Notes under the pieces: generated by a model
Database searches by the model: none
Seen by the model: the letters and a program-made list of their open reading frames with translations, nothing else
Told to the model about the DNA's origin: nothing
From: a candidate division WOR-3 bacterium
GTDB lineage: Bacteria; Hydrothermota; Tepidihabitantia; Tepidihabitantales; Tepidihabitantaceae
Direction: 5' to 3'
Assembly (NCBI GenBank): GCA_965648905.1
Contig: CBFGIT010000004.1
Location: 1-64,000 of the forward strand
Length of the DNA stretch: 64,000 bases
Program-made: the position numbers and the translations under genes
Shown: positions 62,437 to 64,000 of the stretch, piece after piece
Layout of the letters: each line of letters opens with the position of its first letter
Position numbering within the stretch: the stretch's first letter is position 1

Positions 62437-64000
62437 ATGAGTAACATCAGACGCTCGATGCGGTTCGCATCTCTCCTCAGCATATTGCTGTGCCCGAGCT
62501 GCAAGAAGAACCACCCGCCGGACGCGCCGGTTGCGCCTGCCGGTCCGGCGTCCGGCCGAGTTGACATCTTCTATCAGTTCATGACCGCCACCACTGACCC
62601 GGACGGCGATGATATCTGCTACCGGTTCTCCTGGGGAGACGGCGGCACAAGCGATTGGAGTCCGTTCATTGCCTCCGGCGACACGGCTGCCGCGTCGCAT
62701 CTGTGGGCGGCCCCTGGCAGGTATCAGGTGAAGACGCAGGCGATGGATAGACAGGGCGCGACTTCAGGCTGGTCGGCCGCGCACGGGCTGGTGCTGGTAG
62801 CGAACTCGCCGCCAGACAGACCACCGCAACCATCCGGCCCTGACGAGTGCTCGGCGTGTGTGGCACACGAGTTCGCCTGTTGTGCCACAGACCCCGACGG
62901 CGATCGTGTGGCAATCAGAATTGCCTGGGGCGACGGCGACACTTCGGGCTGGAGCATATGGGTCGCCAGCGGCGACACGGTCACGATGTCCCACATATGG
63001 TATTCGCGAAGTAGAAACGAGGTGAGGGCACAGGCGAAGGATTATTACCACGCGACCTCAGAGTGGTCCGCGGCGCACACGGTCTTCGTTGGCAGCAACC
63101 GGCCGCCGGGCGCGCCGTCGGTACCCTCTGGACCTTCAGCCGGCTGGATTTTGTCGCCTCACTCCTTCTCTGCTGCTGCGACCGACCCGGATGGCGACCG
63201 CGTCGCAGTCAGATTCGACTGGGGCGACGGCGACACATCAGACTGGAGCATGCTCGTTGGTTCAGGTGTTCCCGTGGAGTGTGCCCACAGATGGGGGGAC
63301 ACTGGTTCATTTTTGGTGCGCGCCCAGTCGAAGGACGAAAGAGGTGCTCTCTCCGGCTGGTCTGCTGGCTGCACCCTCGTTATCACCGAACTGCGCAGAG
63401 GAACGCTGCGCTGGCGCTACCGGACCGGTTCCCGTTACGACGGTTCATCTCCGGCCATCGGTGCGGATGGTGCGGTCTACGTCAGGTCAGGCTGCTATCT
63501 CTATGCCGTCAACCCGAATGGCACCCCCAAATGGTGCTATTGGACCAGCGAGGGCGGGTTCTCCTCGCCCGCCATTGCGGCGGACGGTACCGTCTACTTC
63601 GGATGCGACGACAGGTACCTGTACGCCATCAACCCGAATGGCAGCCTGAAATGGCGCTATCTGACCAGCGGTAGCGTGTTCTCATCCCCGGCACTCGGGC
63701 CAGACGGTACGGTGTACGTGGGTTCGGAAGAGGGTTACTACCTCTATGCCCTGAATCCGAATGGCACGCTGAAGTGGCGATACCAGACCGGCGACTATAT
63801 TTGTTCATCACCGGCAATCGACTCAGACGGTACGGTGTACTTCGGCTCCAACGGACCCTACCTCTACGCCCTGAACCCGAATGGTACCCTGAAATGGACC
63901 TATCAGACCGGTGGCATATATGGCTCCTCGCCGGCCATCGACACGGACGGCACGGTCTACGTCGGGTCTGGGGACAGCCACCTCTACGCCCTGAATCCGG
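62437..64000 (+). CDS. Partial lipoprotein with three PKD-like modules and a PQQ-type beta-propeller (paralog of 52261-54306)
   Basis: SD GAGGAGG; frame open to the window end; CPSCKKNHPP, three TDPDGD...WGDG modules and repeated SSPAI..DGTVY..LYALNPNGTLKW. Absent from the ORF track because there is no stop. Confidence 0.85.
   Translation, partial: MSNIRRSMRFASLLSILLCPSCKKNHPPDAPVAPAGPASGRVDIFYQFMTATTDPDGDDICYRFSWGDGGTSDWSPFIASGDTAAASHLWAAPGRYQVKTQAMDRQGATSGWSAAHGLVLVANSPPDRPPQPSGPDECSACVAHEFACCATDPDGDRVAIRIAWGDGDTSGWSIWVASGDTVTMSHIWYSRSRNEVRAQAKDYYHATSEWSAAHTVFVGSNRPPGAPSVPSGPSAGWILSPHSFSAAATDPDGDRVAVRFDWGDGDTSDWSMLVGSGVPVECAHRWGDTGSFLVRAQSKDERGALSGWSAGCTLVITELRRGTLRWRYRTGSRYDGSSPAIGADGAVYVRSGCYLYAVNPNGTPKWCYWTSEGGFSSPAIAADGTVYFGCDDRYLYAINPNGSLKWRYLTSGSVFSSPALGPDGTVYVGSEEGYYLYALNPNGTLKWRYQTGDYICSSPAIDSDGTVYFGSNGPYLYALNPNGTLKWTYQTGGIYGSSPAIDTDGTVYVGSGDSHLYALNP

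Noticed and set aside
52261..64000. Repeated DNA as a CRISPR array, DGR template/variable pair or integron cassettes
   Set aside because: The repeats are protein-domain repeats with synonymous divergence. I saw no constant repeat-spacer period, reverse transcriptase, adenine-specific variant pair, integrase or attC-sized intergenic gaps.
1..64000. Genome-wide stop-codon reassignment
   Set aside because: Conserved genes end at expected positions with TAG (thrC, glnA, asnA, fhs), TGA (alaS, dnaA) and TAA (recA).

Overview
GC-rich bacterial chromosome segment that very likely contains the replication origin: dnaA, an AT-richer DnaA-box region just downstream of it, and two near-perfect parS sites hidden inside the neighbouring hypF. 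The repertoire of secreted proteins (T9SS/FlgD-like C-terminal domains, Kelch, BNR, SBBP and PKD/PQQ modules) suggests an FCB-related lineage such as candidate division WOR-3; that is my inference and was not checked. The left two thirds is housekeeping and amino-acid metabolism: a partial V/A-type ATPase operon (C-F-A-B), accC, hutH, two Cys/Met PLP enzymes with thrC and apgM, alaS, fhs, recA-recX, glnA/asnA and a P-type ATPase. The right third (51-64 kb) is a co-oriented array of surface lipoproteins and secreted beta-propeller proteins, with some decayed ORFs. I found no rRNA, tRNA, CRISPR array, transposase or integrase. The most notable unexplained signals are: (1) many sigma70-like promoters lying 5-10 nt from a start codon (leaderless mRNAs), including three short leaderless uORFs whose stop codons overlap the next gene's start; (2) a secreted-protein gene flanked by an exact 22-bp direct repeat; (3) a hypF whose conserved N-terminal domain has no ATG/GTG/TTG start; (4) a histidine ammonia-lyase with Ala-Cys-Gly instead of Ala-Ser-Gly at the MIO cofactor site; (5) 7-nt repeats and a BoxC-like palindrome read in frame at gene ends; (6) a Met/Cys lyase-thrC-apgM operon lacking thrA/thrB. 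All product calls come from motif recognition by eye, not database searches.
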